Shown piece after piece: positions 9,639-18,630 of a DNA stretch of 64,000 bases (position 1 is its first letter; every line of letters starts with the position of its first letter). The notes beneath the pieces were generated by a model. The model had not been told where the DNA came from. It searched no databases and was given only the letters and a program-made list of their open reading frames with translations. A program made the translations under genes and the position numbers. Origin of the DNA: Deltaproteobacteria bacterium (GTDB taxonomy: Bacteria > Myxococcota_A > UBA9160 > SMWR01); assembly GCA_032128115.1 (NCBI GenBank), contig JAQBHB010000082.1:1-64000 (forward strand). Direction: 5' to 3'.

Positions 9639-10790
9639 GTGGACGATCCGGCCGCGCCGCTCGAAGCCTACGTCATGGACGTCTCCTACTTCAGTGGGAA
9701 GCTCGAGGCGTACCTGCGCTACAAGCAGATCACCCATCGTCGCGTCGAGGTCGGGTGGCGCCAACTCACGAAAATCGCCTTGCGCGAGACCGGCGTGCGG
9801 AAGGTGCCCCTGCTGCGCACGCCGGACGGTGAGTGGCTCCAGGACACCACGCCCATGATCGACTGGCTGGAGGCGCGCCATCCAGAGGGTCGCGTGGTGC
9901 CCGAGGATCCGGTCCAGGGTTTCTTCTCGCGTCTGCTCGAAGACTACGCCGACGAGTGGTTGTGGCGCCCGGCACTTCACTACCGCTGGAGCCATCCGGA
10001 CGACGCGCGGCTGCTCGGCCGTCGCATTGCGCGCGAGGTGCTGAAGGACGTGCCCGGCCCCCTGGCCCTCAAGGCCTGGAACGTGCGCAGACGCCAGCGG
10101 AAGCTCTACGTGGTCGGCGACGGGGTCTGCAAGCAGACGCGCGCTCACGTAGAGGGCACCTATACGGGCGTGCTCGATCACCTGGAGGAAATCCTGTCGC
10201 ACCAGCGCTTCCTGCTGGGCGGACGCCCGTCGCTGGCAGACTTCGGTTTCTTTGCTTCCATGTTTCGTCACTTCAGCCAGGACCCCACCCCGGCGAAGAT
10301 CTTGCGCGAGCGAGCGCCGGCCGTGAACGCGTGGGTCGCGCGCCTGTGGAATGCGCGTTTTTCGCAAGACAAGGGCGAGTGGCTGCCGGCGGGCAGCCTG
10401 CCCCCGGGCTGGGACGCGCTGCTGCGGGAGGTGGGCGAAACCCACCTGGTGTCGCTGCACGCCAACGCCGTGGCCTGGCGCGCTGGCCGTTCCCGATTCG
10501 ACCTGGAGGTGCAGGGAACCCGCTATCGCGGGCTTCCGGTGGTGCAGTACCGGGCGTGGTGCCGAGAGCGGCTCCAGGACCACTTCGAATCACTTCCCGA
10601 GAGCGCGAAGCCCGTTGTCCGCGAACGGCTGGAACGGCAGTCTGCCTGGGAGCCCTTGTGGCAGGACGGGCGCATCGCCTCGCATCTGCACCAGGGCGGC
10701 GACCCGCCCCGCTGCCGCCCGCCCCGGCGCCGCGACGCTGCGCGTATCCTGGGGTCGCCCTGGAACCCGACACCGACCGGCCGCGTCTGA
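9639..10790 (+). CDS. Glutathione S-transferase family protein
   Basis: SYFSGKLEAYLRYK, VP, DTTPMI, EDYADEW, FLLGGRPSLADF. Confidence 0.88.
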   Translation: MDDPAAPLEAYVMDVSYFSGKLEAYLRYKQITHRRVEVGWRQLTKIALRETGVRKVPLLRTPDGEWLQDTTPMIDWLEARHPEGRVVPEDPVQGFFSRLLEDYADEWLWRPALHYRWSHPDDARLLGRRIAREVLKDVPGPLALKAWNVRRRQRKLYVVGDGVCKQTRAHVEGTYTGVLDHLEEILSHQRFLLGGRPSLADFGFFASMFRHFSQDPTPAKILRERAPAVNAWVARLWNARFSQDKGEWLPAGSLPPGWDALLREVGETHLVSLHANAVAWRAGRSRFDLEVQGTRYRGLPVVQYRAWCRERLQDHFESLPESAKPVVRERLERQSAWEPLWQDGRIASHLHQGGDPPRCRPPRRRDAARILGSPWNPTPTGRV

Positions 10791-10809
10791 ACGGCGAGAA
10801 GGAGAAGTC

Positions 10810-11808
10810 ATGGCTTCCGACCTCTACCGCATCTTCGGTTCCGAGCTGTCGCCGTATTCGGTGAAGGTGCGTTCCTATTGTCGCTACAAGCAGATGCCAC
10901 ACGAATGGGTGGTGCGCGACGCCTCCAACATGGCCGAGTTCCAGAAGTACGCGAAGCTGCCCCTGATCCCCCTGGTGCTTGGCCCCGGCGAGGAGGCGCT
11001 GCAGGACTCCACACCGATCATCGAGAAGCTCGAGGCGCGCTTTCCCGAGCCGCCCCTGCAACCCGAAGACCCGGCTCTGGCGTTCGTGTCGGCGCTGCTG
11101 GAGGAGTACGGCGACGAGTGGGGCAACAAGCCCATGTTCCATTACCGCTGGACCTACGAGGCGGACCAGAAGTCGGCGGCGGAGCGCATCGCGTTTTCGA
11201 ACGTCTCGGATCCGGAGGCCGCCGCCAAGATGGCTCCAGTGGTGATACAGCGCATGCTGCCGCGCCTGAGCTTCGTGGGTTCCACCGAGAAGACCCGCGA
11301 TCAGATCGAGGGATCGTATCGGCGACAGCTCGCGCTGCTGGACGAACACCTCTCCACTCGGGCGTTCCTGATGGGCGGGCGCCCGTGCTTGGGAGACCTG
11401 GGCGTGTACGCGCAGCTCCATCAGGCGCTGGGCGATCCCACACCGGGGGCGCTGATGCGCGCGTCGGCGCCGCGCGTGGTGGCGTGGATCGAGCGAATGC
11501 TCGAGCCCCGGGCCGACGGAGACTTCGAAGACCGGGATGCCGTGCTCGCGGGCCTGCGCCCGTTCGTGGCCAGCGAAGTGGCGGGCCTCTTCCTGCCCTG
11601 GTCCGCCGCCAATGCCCGCGCGCTGGCAGCGGGGGAGTCCGAGTTCCACGTGGAGCTCGAGGGGAAGTCGTTCTCGCAACAGACCCAGAAGTATCACGCC
11701 CGATCGCTCGGCGTCTTGCGCCAGCGCTACCAGGCGGTGGCCGATCGCTCGGCGCTGGATCCCTTCCTGGAGGAGACGGGCTGTCTCGAGGTTCTGCGCG
11801 GCGCGTAG
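10810..11808 (+). CDS. Glutathione S-transferase family protein (tandem paralogue)
   Basis: SPYSVKVRSYCRYK, IP, DSTPII, EEYGDEW, FLMGGRPCLGDL; AAGGAG RBS. Confidence 0.9.
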   Translation: MASDLYRIFGSELSPYSVKVRSYCRYKQMPHEWVVRDASNMAEFQKYAKLPLIPLVLGPGEEALQDSTPIIEKLEARFPEPPLQPEDPALAFVSALLEEYGDEWGNKPMFHYRWTYEADQKSAAERIAFSNVSDPEAAAKMAPVVIQRMLPRLSFVGSTEKTRDQIEGSYRRQLALLDEHLSTRAFLMGGRPCLGDLGVYAQLHQALGDPTPGALMRASAPRVVAWIERMLEPRADGDFEDRDAVLAGLRPFVASEVAGLFLPWSAANARALAAGESEFHVELEGKSFSQQTQKYHARSLGVLRQRYQAVADRSALDPFLEETGCLEVLRGA

Positions 11809-11817
11809 CGCCCGGCC

Positions 11818-12663
11818 CTAATGATCGTACGCGGCCAGCCAGCTGGCGGGGACTCCTTCGCGCACCACGAAGACCTCCGGCCCCTTGGAGTAGAGCGGCA
11901 GGTTGTGCGCCATCCAGCGGTGCGGGGCACGTTCGTCGAACCAGAACGAGAAGCTCGGGAGCAGGCCACCCACGAGGTCGGAGAAGAGGCCGAAGTCGGG
12001 GCCGTACACCACCTCGCGCAGGTGCGACTTCGAGGGGTCGGGTGCCGACATCCGCGCCTCCACGTCCAGCAGTCGCGGGCCGCCGCGGCACAGGAAGAGC
12101 TGAAAGGTCGTGGTCTCCACTTCGCCGCGGGCCAGGGGCTGGAAGAGCAACATCAGCGGGACGTTCACCACCCGGTCGTTCTCGGGCAGCTCTACCGACT
12201 TGCTGCGCGGCTCGCCATCGGATCCGGGCGTCGTGCAGGTGCCCTTCCGCTTGCGGTGGTCGATGCGAAGCAGGCCCAGGGACACCCCGTCCGGGTCGAC
12301 CGAGCGCGACTCCTGGCTCAGCAGGCGCAGGCCGTGCGGGCTTTCCACCGTCTCGAGTTCGGAGGTCACCACCGTGTACGCCCCGTGATCGATGCCCGTG
12401 GTGCCCACGATTCGGATCATTCCCGAGTTCATCTTCGCGATCGCGAGCATCGCCCCCCCGACCCGGTGGTGCTCGCTGTCGTAGGTGGTGGCGGGGATCA
12501 CCCCGAACGCTTCGGGATACGGCAGCACCAGGGACGAGTCGGCATTCGCGACAGCAACGCTCGATCCGACGACGATTGCGGTGATGGCAAGGGCCTTCCA
12601 GACAGTCCGGCCGGTCCGGCCGGTCTGCCCGGTCCGACGGCATTGGCTGCGGGTGCGGAGCAT
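11818..12663 (-). CDS. Hypothetical exported protein
   Basis: Basic N-terminus plus hydrophobic signal (ALAITAIVVGSSVAVANA) and protein-like composition. It is the real 3' part of the long 11818..13893 shadow ORF. Confidence 0.7.
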   Translation of the reverse strand: MLRTRSQCRRTGQTGRTGRTVWKALAITAIVVGSSVAVANADSSLVLPYPEAFGVIPATTYDSEHHRVGGAMLAIAKMNSGMIRIVGTTGIDHGAYTVVTSELETVESPHGLRLLSQESRSVDPDGVSLGLLRIDHRKRKGTCTTPGSDGEPRSKSVELPENDRVVNVPLMLLFQPLARGEVETTTFQLFLCRGGPRLLDVEARMSAPDPSKSHLREVVYGPDFGLFSDLVGGLLPSFSFWFDERAPHRWMAHNLPLYSKGPEVFVVREGVPASWLAAYDH

Positions 12664-12730
12664 CGCCGCACTGTAGCGAAGGGTGCTTGACATCCCTGCC
12701 GGCAGACCGGCCCGCTGGGGCCGCAGGGCC

Positions 12731-12763
12731 GCGTTGACTCCCGGGTCAACGCGTTGATAGAGT
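12731..12763 (+). promoter_or_regulatory. Palindromic operator overlapping a putative sigma70 promoter of the acyl-CoA dehydrogenase
   Basis: GCGTTGAC-N6-GTCAACGC perfect 8-bp inverted repeat; TTGACT-N18-TAGAGT. Confidence 0.5.
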
Positions 12764-12795
12764 CGCCTTCCCACTCCTGCACCAAGGATTTCGCC

Positions 12796-13926
12796 ATGAA
12801 CTTCGGATTCAGCGAGGAGCAGGAGCTTCTTCGCAAGACCGCCCGCGACTTCCTGGCCGAGCACGCCCCCATGAAGCGGGTGCGCGAAGTGATGGAGGGC
12901 GAAAGTGGTTACGCCTCGGAGGTCTGGGGCCAGATGGCCGAGCTGGGCTGGACGGGACTGGCCCTGCCCGAGTCCCTGGGGGGCGCCGGCCTCGGCCTGA
13001 TCGAGCTGGTGCTGGTGGTGGAGGAGCTCGGGCGCAGCCTGACCCCCGTGCCGTTCCTGCCCACCGTGATCGCCAGCGACGCGATCCTGAGTGTGGGCGA
13101 CGACGATCAGAAGACGGAATGGCTGACACGCATCGCCGCCGGCCGGGCCATCGCCAGCTTGGCCATCACCGAGGCGCGTGGCACCGAAGAGCCCGGCGAC
13201 CTGGAGACGGCGGCCTCCGAGTTGGACGGCGGCTGGAAGCTGCAGGGGGAGAAGCTTTTCGTCCCCGACGCCGCCGTGGCGGATGTGCTGGTGGTGGTGG
13301 CCCGCACGGGAGGCGCCGGCGAGAGTGGACTGGGCGCCTTCCTGGTTCCCCGCGACACCCCGGGAGTCCACATCGAGCCCATGCGTTCCATGGACCTGCT
13401 CCGCAATCTGTATCGGGTGCGCTTCGATGGCGCGGCGCTTCCGGGCACGGCCCTGCTGGGACGCGAACGCGACGTCTGGTCCCGGCTGCGTCCGGTGCTG
13501 GATCGGGCGCGGGTGATCATCTGTGCCGAGATGGTGGGCGGCGCCGAAAAGTGTCTCGAGGATTCCGTGCAGTACGCCAAGGTGCGCGAGCAGTTCGGCA
13601 AGCCCATCGGCGTCAACCAGGCCATCAAGCACAAGTGCGCCGACATGCTGTTCGAGGTGGAGTCGGCCAAATCGATCACCTACTACGCCGCCTGGGCGGC
13701 CTGCGAGGACCCGCGAGAGGCGCCCCTGGCGGCGGCCATGGCCAAGGCCTACGTGAGCGAGGCGTATCGCCACGCGTCGGCCGAGAACATCCAGATCCAC
13801 GGGGGCGTGGGCTTCACCTGGGAGTACGACTGCCACCTCTTCTTCAAGCGGGCCAAGAGCGATGAGTCGTGGCTGGGCGATGGCAACCTTCACCGAGAGC
13901 GTGTGGCGCAGCTGATCGATCTCTAG
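12796..13926 (+). CDS. Acyl-CoA dehydrogenase family protein
   Basis: FSEEQELLR, LPE..GG.G, A.A.TE, GEK.FV, REQFGKPIG..QAIKH, QIHGG.GFTWE. Confidence 0.95.
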   Translation: MNFGFSEEQELLRKTARDFLAEHAPMKRVREVMEGESGYASEVWGQMAELGWTGLALPESLGGAGLGLIELVLVVEELGRSLTPVPFLPTVIASDAILSVGDDDQKTEWLTRIAAGRAIASLAITEARGTEEPGDLETAASELDGGWKLQGEKLFVPDAAVADVLVVVARTGGAGESGLGAFLVPRDTPGVHIEPMRSMDLLRNLYRVRFDGAALPGTALLGRERDVWSRLRPVLDRARVIICAEMVGGAEKCLEDSVQYAKVREQFGKPIGVNQAIKHKCADMLFEVESAKSITYYAAWAACEDPREAPLAAAMAKAYVSEAYRHASAENIQIHGGVGFTWEYDCHLFFKRAKSDESWLGDGNLHRERVAQLIDL

Positions 13927-13993
13927 ACGGCAGCCGCCCGGCGCCCGGCTTGCGCGATAGACGGCAGCCGCCCGGCGCCCGGCTTGCGCGATA
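13924..13993. repeat. Perfect 34-bp tandem duplication
   Basis: TAGACGGCAGCCGCCCGGCGCCCGGCTTGCGCGA at 13924-13957 and 13958-13991. Confidence 0.95.
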
Positions 13994-14006
13994 TACTGGT
14001 CTCCCC

Positions 14007-15014
14007 ATGACTTCTTCCCCGCAGCCGGTCGTTGCCGGCGAGCCCGCCCGGGATCTGCGCATCCTGGTGGCGCTTCCGGCCCTCGATGAGGAGAGAACCG
14101 TCGCGGAGGTGATCCGCGGCATTCCGCGCCGGATTCCCGGTGTCGCCTCCATCGACGTGCTCGTGGTGGACGACGGGAGCCGCGACCGCACCGGCGTCGA
14201 GGCGCGTGCCGCCGGCGCCCGGGTGATTCGCCACGAGTCGCCTCGCGGGGTGGGTTCCGCCTTTGCCACGGCCCTGCGGAGTGCAGTCGAGACCGGCGCC
14301 GACATCTTCGTCACCCTGGATGCGGACGGCCAGTTCGATCCCGGCGACATTGCGACCCTGATGGCGCCGGTGCTGGCGGACGACGCCGACTTCGCCAGCG
14401 CGTCGCGATTCAAAGATCCGGCACTGACCCCGGACATGCCGCCCGCCAAGCGCTGGGGCAACCGGATGATGGCGGGCCTGGTGTCGCGTCTCACGGGCCA
14501 GCACTTCTACGACGTATCGTGCGGCATGCGCTGCTATGGCCGTCGGGCGACACTGGCGCTCAATCCCATGGGCCGCTTCACGTATACCCAGGAGGTGTTC
14601 CTGAACCTGGCCTTCAAGCAGCTTCGCATCGTCGAGGTGCCGCTCCGCGTGCGGGGGGAGCGCGAGCACGGCTCGAGCCGGGTGGCCAACAGCCTGTGGC
14701 GCTACGCCCTGCGAACGACGGGCATCTTGTTTCGTTGCTACCGCGACTATTTCCCGCTGCGCTTCTTCGGCGCCATCGCCGCACTGCTGGCCCTGCCGGC
14801 CGCCGCGCTCGGGGGGTTTCTGGCCCTGCACTACCTGGACAGCGGCAGCTTCTCTCCCCACAAGTGGGCCGGCTTCACCGGCGCCGCCCTGGCTGCCCTG
14901 GCGGTGCTGGTGCTCTTCATGGGCCTGATCGGCGACATGCTGGCCCGCCACCGCATCTACCTGGAAGAGCTTCTCACCCACCAGCGCTCTCAGTTGCCCC
15001 GGGATCGCCCCTAG
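14007..15014 (+). CDS. Glycosyltransferase family 2 (DPM/DPG-synthase-like) with two C-terminal TM helices
   Basis: LPALDEE, VVDDGSRD, DADGQ, SRF, DVSCG motifs. Confidence 0.92.
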   Translation: MTSSPQPVVAGEPARDLRILVALPALDEERTVAEVIRGIPRRIPGVASIDVLVVDDGSRDRTGVEARAAGARVIRHESPRGVGSAFATALRSAVETGADIFVTLDADGQFDPGDIATLMAPVLADDADFASASRFKDPALTPDMPPAKRWGNRMMAGLVSRLTGQHFYDVSCGMRCYGRRATLALNPMGRFTYTQEVFLNLAFKQLRIVEVPLRVRGEREHGSSRVANSLWRYALRTTGILFRCYRDYFPLRFFGAIAALLALPAAALGGFLALHYLDSGSFSPHKWAGFTGAALAALAVLVLFMGLIGDMLARHRIYLEELLTHQRSQLPRDRP

Positions 15015-15090
15015 GGGACCCCGCGTTTTCGGGTCTGGGCCTCGTGGAGATTGCGGCCAGCCGCCGGCATGCATCAGCGGCCGGCGTGGA

Positions 15091-16443
15091 TCAGCGGAAG
15101 CGCGCGAGCTTCTCGCGGGGGATCTCTTCGCGAGCGCCGAGCAGGCTCTTGATGCGCAGGATGCGCACGAACAACCAGCGCACGTAGCGAAGGGCCAGGG
15201 GCCCGGCCTCGAGCAGCAGCTTGCGCCAGTAGAGCCAGCGATAGCGGCGCGCCCGCTGCAGCTCGAGCTTGCGCTGATTCTCGCGCTGGAAGCGCGCCAC
15301 CTTGTTTCGCGACCACAAATGCGCGGCCGGGCGGTTGGGGCCCACCATCTCGGGTGCGTAGCCCCCGCTTTCCCGCAGGTACTCGGCCAGCGCGTACGAG
15401 AAGTCGCCGTAGGTGACGCGCCGGGTCTGGGACTCCTCGATCTCCACCTCGCTCACGACCGTGGCCTGGATATCGCCGCGCGCCTCCAGGGTCGCCATCA
15501 CATCGCTGGCGAAGCGGGTGCGACACACCACCAGGCTGATCCCCGTGCGGGTGCCGACGGTGCTGGGCAGCCAGGCGTCGCCCACGCAGATCTCGGCCAG
15601 GAAGTTCTGGTGGTCGATGCACACGTGGCAGCGAGGCACGTTGAAGGAGCGGTCGAAGGCCACCTGGTAGCCGTAACCCACGCGGCGGTGTACCTGGTGC
15701 TCCCCCCGAGGCGTGTGGAGGCGCAACTTGCCCACGGGCCCTCCGCCCCGGAACGCCACGTCGCGGATCGAGTCGAAGTCGACGCCCTCGTACTCGCAGA
15801 TCGCACGCAGGGCGTGATGCGAGTAGGTCCAGCCGCAGATGAGGCCGATGGTGGTATAGATGCGTTCCGCCAGCTCGGGCCGGCGCGAGTGGATGTAGTT
15901 GTAGATCCCCTCGAGCTGACACGGAATCGCCACAAGCACGTAGCGGCCGCTGTGGGTTTCCAGCAATTCCAGGGCCCGATCGAAGGCCACGTTGTGGTAG
16001 ATGGAGCCGGGGAGCGAGTCCACGTCCTGCGCGCCGAGCACGCGGGGCTCGAAGCGCAGACCCTCCACGTGGCCGAGGGCGATGGCTCCGTCCACCTCGT
16101 CGCGGGACAACAGCTCGAGCAACAGCTGCTTGATGAGCCCGCCCGAGCTCGCGCGGAGGTTTCGCTGGTAGTTGGTGCTCTGGGCCAGCAGCACCGAATC
16201 CACCACACCCTGCGAGGTGATCTTCGCGTCCGGGCCGAAGATCCGGCGTTGCAGGTCTTCGAAGTCGACCCGCACCGAGGGACACACCGCCGCCGCCTCG
16301 GCGCCACCGGGTGCGTCGGGCTGGTACATCTGGCGCTCGTCGTCGAACTCGAGCTTCAGGCTCGGATCGGCGCGTACACAGGCCCCGCAGGCGATGCACA
16401 GTCCGTTCTCGATCACGGGGGAGAGGTCGCGCGGCAGGGGCAT
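15091..16443 (-). CDS. FrhB/FdhB-like (F420 hydrogenase beta-subunit family) Fe-S flavoprotein
   Basis: CIACGAC..CP ferredoxin motif, ASSGG, IPCQ, GLICG, RCHVCID, VGDAW. Confidence 0.87.
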   Translation of the reverse strand: MPLPRDLSPVIENGLCIACGACVRADPSLKLEFDDERQMYQPDAPGGAEAAAVCPSVRVDFEDLQRRIFGPDAKITSQGVVDSVLLAQSTNYQRNLRASSGGLIKQLLLELLSRDEVDGAIALGHVEGLRFEPRVLGAQDVDSLPGSIYHNVAFDRALELLETHSGRYVLVAIPCQLEGIYNYIHSRRPELAERIYTTIGLICGWTYSHHALRAICEYEGVDFDSIRDVAFRGGGPVGKLRLHTPRGEHQVHRRVGYGYQVAFDRSFNVPRCHVCIDHQNFLAEICVGDAWLPSTVGTRTGISLVVCRTRFASDVMATLEARGDIQATVVSEVEIEESQTRRVTYGDFSYALAEYLRESGGYAPEMVGPNRPAAHLWSRNKVARFQRENQRKLELQRARRYRWLYWRKLLLEAGPLALRYVRWLFVRILRIKSLLGAREEIPREKLARFR

Positions 16444-16456
16444 GGCGCTCCGCAGC

Positions 16457-17356
16457 CTATTCGACGTGCTCGGCGCGCACCACCCACAGCGCGGCCCCGG
16501 AGACCATGGCTTCTGCCAGGGTCAGCCACAGCCGGGCCAGGATCGCGGCCGCGGCCGCCACGCCCGGTCCGAGCGGCCCCGACAGCACCAGGGTCAGTAC
16601 ACCCTCGCGCACGCCAATTCCCGACGGGGCGAAGACGGCCAGGGCTCCGGCCACGCCGGCGATGGCGAAGGCGCCGCTGGCGGTGAGGGTGAAGTCGGCC
16701 GCCACGGGGGTCAGGGAGCGGAGCAGCAGCGTGAAACCCGCTCCGAGCAGCATCCAGTTGCAGGCCATGGCGAACGTCCAGCCCCAGACGTCGCGCCAGC
16801 GCAGGGCGATCGTTTCGATCGGGTGTCCGGCGGCCCGCAGGGCCAGGCGGGCCAGGGGTGTGAAGACGGCCGGGTGGGTGGCCACCACCAGTGCCGCAGC
16901 CAGCGTCGCCAGGGCCGCGGCCCATCCCCCCGGCAGGGGAGTCGATCCCCCCAGCCGCGACGCGGCAAACACGGACAGGCTGGCCAGGGTTCCGCACGAG
17001 GCCTCCACGGCGAAGGCCACACCCACGCGGCCCGCCGGGGCGCCCCGGCTGCGGTAGAGCGTCACGCGTCCCACCAGCAGGAACAGCTTGCCCGGCAGGT
17101 ACTTCCCCACCAGGGAGCCGAGCCACGACAGCACGTCGGTGCGCAGGCCGGTGGGGCCGATCAGGCGCGCCGCGATGCGATGCCAGACGAGTGCCCGGCC
17201 CACCAGGTACGCCAGCGCCAACGGGAAGCCGGCCACCAGGGGCCCTGGGCGGAAGCCGAACTCCAGGGCCCGGAACTCGTCCAGGTTGCGTGCCAGGGTG
17301 GCCGCGACATATCCGAAGCAGAGTGCGACCGCCCCGATCTTCAGGAGCCGTATCAC
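16457..17356 (-). CDS. Lysylphosphatidylglycerol-synthase TM-domain / flippase-like membrane protein
   Basis: GKYLPGK and PSGIGVREG motifs, many TM helices; GTG overlaps the upstream stop. Confidence 0.85.
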   Translation of the reverse strand: MIRLLKIGAVALCFGYVAATLARNLDEFRALEFGFRPGPLVAGFPLALAYLVGRALVWHRIAARLIGPTGLRTDVLSWLGSLVGKYLPGKLFLLVGRVTLYRSRGAPAGRVGVAFAVEASCGTLASLSVFAASRLGGSTPLPGGWAAALATLAAALVVATHPAVFTPLARLALRAAGHPIETIALRWRDVWGWTFAMACNWMLLGAGFTLLLRSLTPVAADFTLTASGAFAIAGVAGALAVFAPSGIGVREGVLTLVLSGPLGPGVAAAAAILARLWLTLAEAMVSGAALWVVRAEHVE

Positions 17357-18618
17357 GGCTGCGCGCCTCCCGCCGCGGGCGCCAGTAGCTCCGCCGCCAG
17401 GCGCGCGTTTCCCAGCGACGACGCCACCACGTCGGGCAGGTGGCGGCGGATGCGCTCGCGGATCCCGGCCTCGTCGTGCTCCACCCGCGCGAAGAGTTCG
17501 CGGAGCGCTGCCTCGGAGAGTTTCGTGTGGTCGATGGCGTAGTTCTCGAGTCCGAAGTCGGCCAACACCTCGCGGTACTTGTGTGACCATCCCACCAGGG
17601 CCGTGGGAACCCCCGTGGCCAGGCCCGACACCATCGCGTGGAAGCGGGAGGCCACCAGGAAGCGGCACGCCCCGATCAGGGCCCGCAGGGCCTGGGCGTC
17701 GTAGGACTCGAGGGGGAAGATGCACGTCTCTCGTCCCACGATCCGGTGGATCGTGCCGCACACGGGCAGGTCGTTGTTGCGCGGGGAGCGATGACCCGGC
17801 CGCGCCGAATGGGCCAGCAGGCACACCCCGTAGCCGCGCTCGTCGATCAGCCAGCGGATGAAGGCCGCCAGCTGGTGCGGGTAGTCGACGCCGCGCTTGT
17901 CGCAAAGGCCATGTACGACGCTGCTGGCCGAGACGCATACCACCGGGCGCTGGAAAGCGGGGCTGGTGCGCAGCAGGGCCACTCGCTCCCGGGCCCGGTC
18001 GTCGACGCGCATCGCGAAAGCCGCGTCGGCGCAGGTCGCAACGCGTGTGGCTCCCAGGTCCAGTTCGGCCAGGTGCGCGCGTGAGATTCGCCCGCGGGCC
18101 GCGATGGCCGCTGTCCGGGGCAGCAGCTGTCGGGCACACCAGGCGTTCAGGGGCTCGTGAAAGGGGCCCAGGGCCTGGGAGTACTTGAGAAGCGGGGTGC
18201 GCAGCAGCGCGGGCAGGAGCACCACCAGTGCGTTGTATATCAGGATGGGACCGCGCCCGTCCACGAAGCTGATGCCCGAGAGGTCGACCACCAGGTCCGC
18301 GTCATCGATCGCGCGCAGGGCACGGGTCGCCAGCAGGAAGCGATGGGGCAGCCCCAGCCGCGCGAGTGCTCCCGCCAGCAGCGCCAGGGGCAGGGCGAGG
18401 GCCAGCATGTGGCCCGGAGCGAACGGGGCGATGCGAAGCCCGGGGTCGCGGTTCTCGGCCGCGTCGTCTTCTGGAGCCAGCGACAGCAGCGTGAATTCGC
18501 TGCCCGGGACGAACTCGGGAATCCTCTGCATGGCCGCGCGCAGCATGGATTCGGCGCCGCGGTTTCCCGTAAGCGTCGCACCCAGCAACGCGATCCGGGC
18601 AGGGCGGTGCGAGGGCAT
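17353..18618 (-). CDS. Polysaccharide pyruvyl transferase family protein (WcaK-like)
   Basis: GNRGAESM, SQALGPF, AR...S, ADAAF, SRFHA, WSHKY motifs. Confidence 0.9.
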   Translation of the reverse strand: MPSHRPARIALLGATLTGNRGAESMLRAAMQRIPEFVPGSEFTLLSLAPEDDAAENRDPGLRIAPFAPGHMLALALPLALLAGALARLGLPHRFLLATRALRAIDDADLVVDLSGISFVDGRGPILIYNALVVLLPALLRTPLLKYSQALGPFHEPLNAWCARQLLPRTAAIAARGRISRAHLAELDLGATRVATCADAAFAMRVDDRARERVALLRTSPAFQRPVVCVSASSVVHGLCDKRGVDYPHQLAAFIRWLIDERGYGVCLLAHSARPGHRSPRNNDLPVCGTIHRIVGRETCIFPLESYDAQALRALIGACRFLVASRFHAMVSGLATGVPTALVGWSHKYREVLADFGLENYAIDHTKLSEAALRELFARVEHDEAGIRERIRRHLPDVVASSLGNARLAAELLAPAAGGAQP

Positions 18619-18630
18619 GGGGTGAACGGG

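Noticed and set aside
15091..16443. Evidence of an F420-reducing hydrogenase or methanogen-type metabolism
   Set aside because: No large or small hydrogenase subunits or maturation genes; the context is glycan modification.
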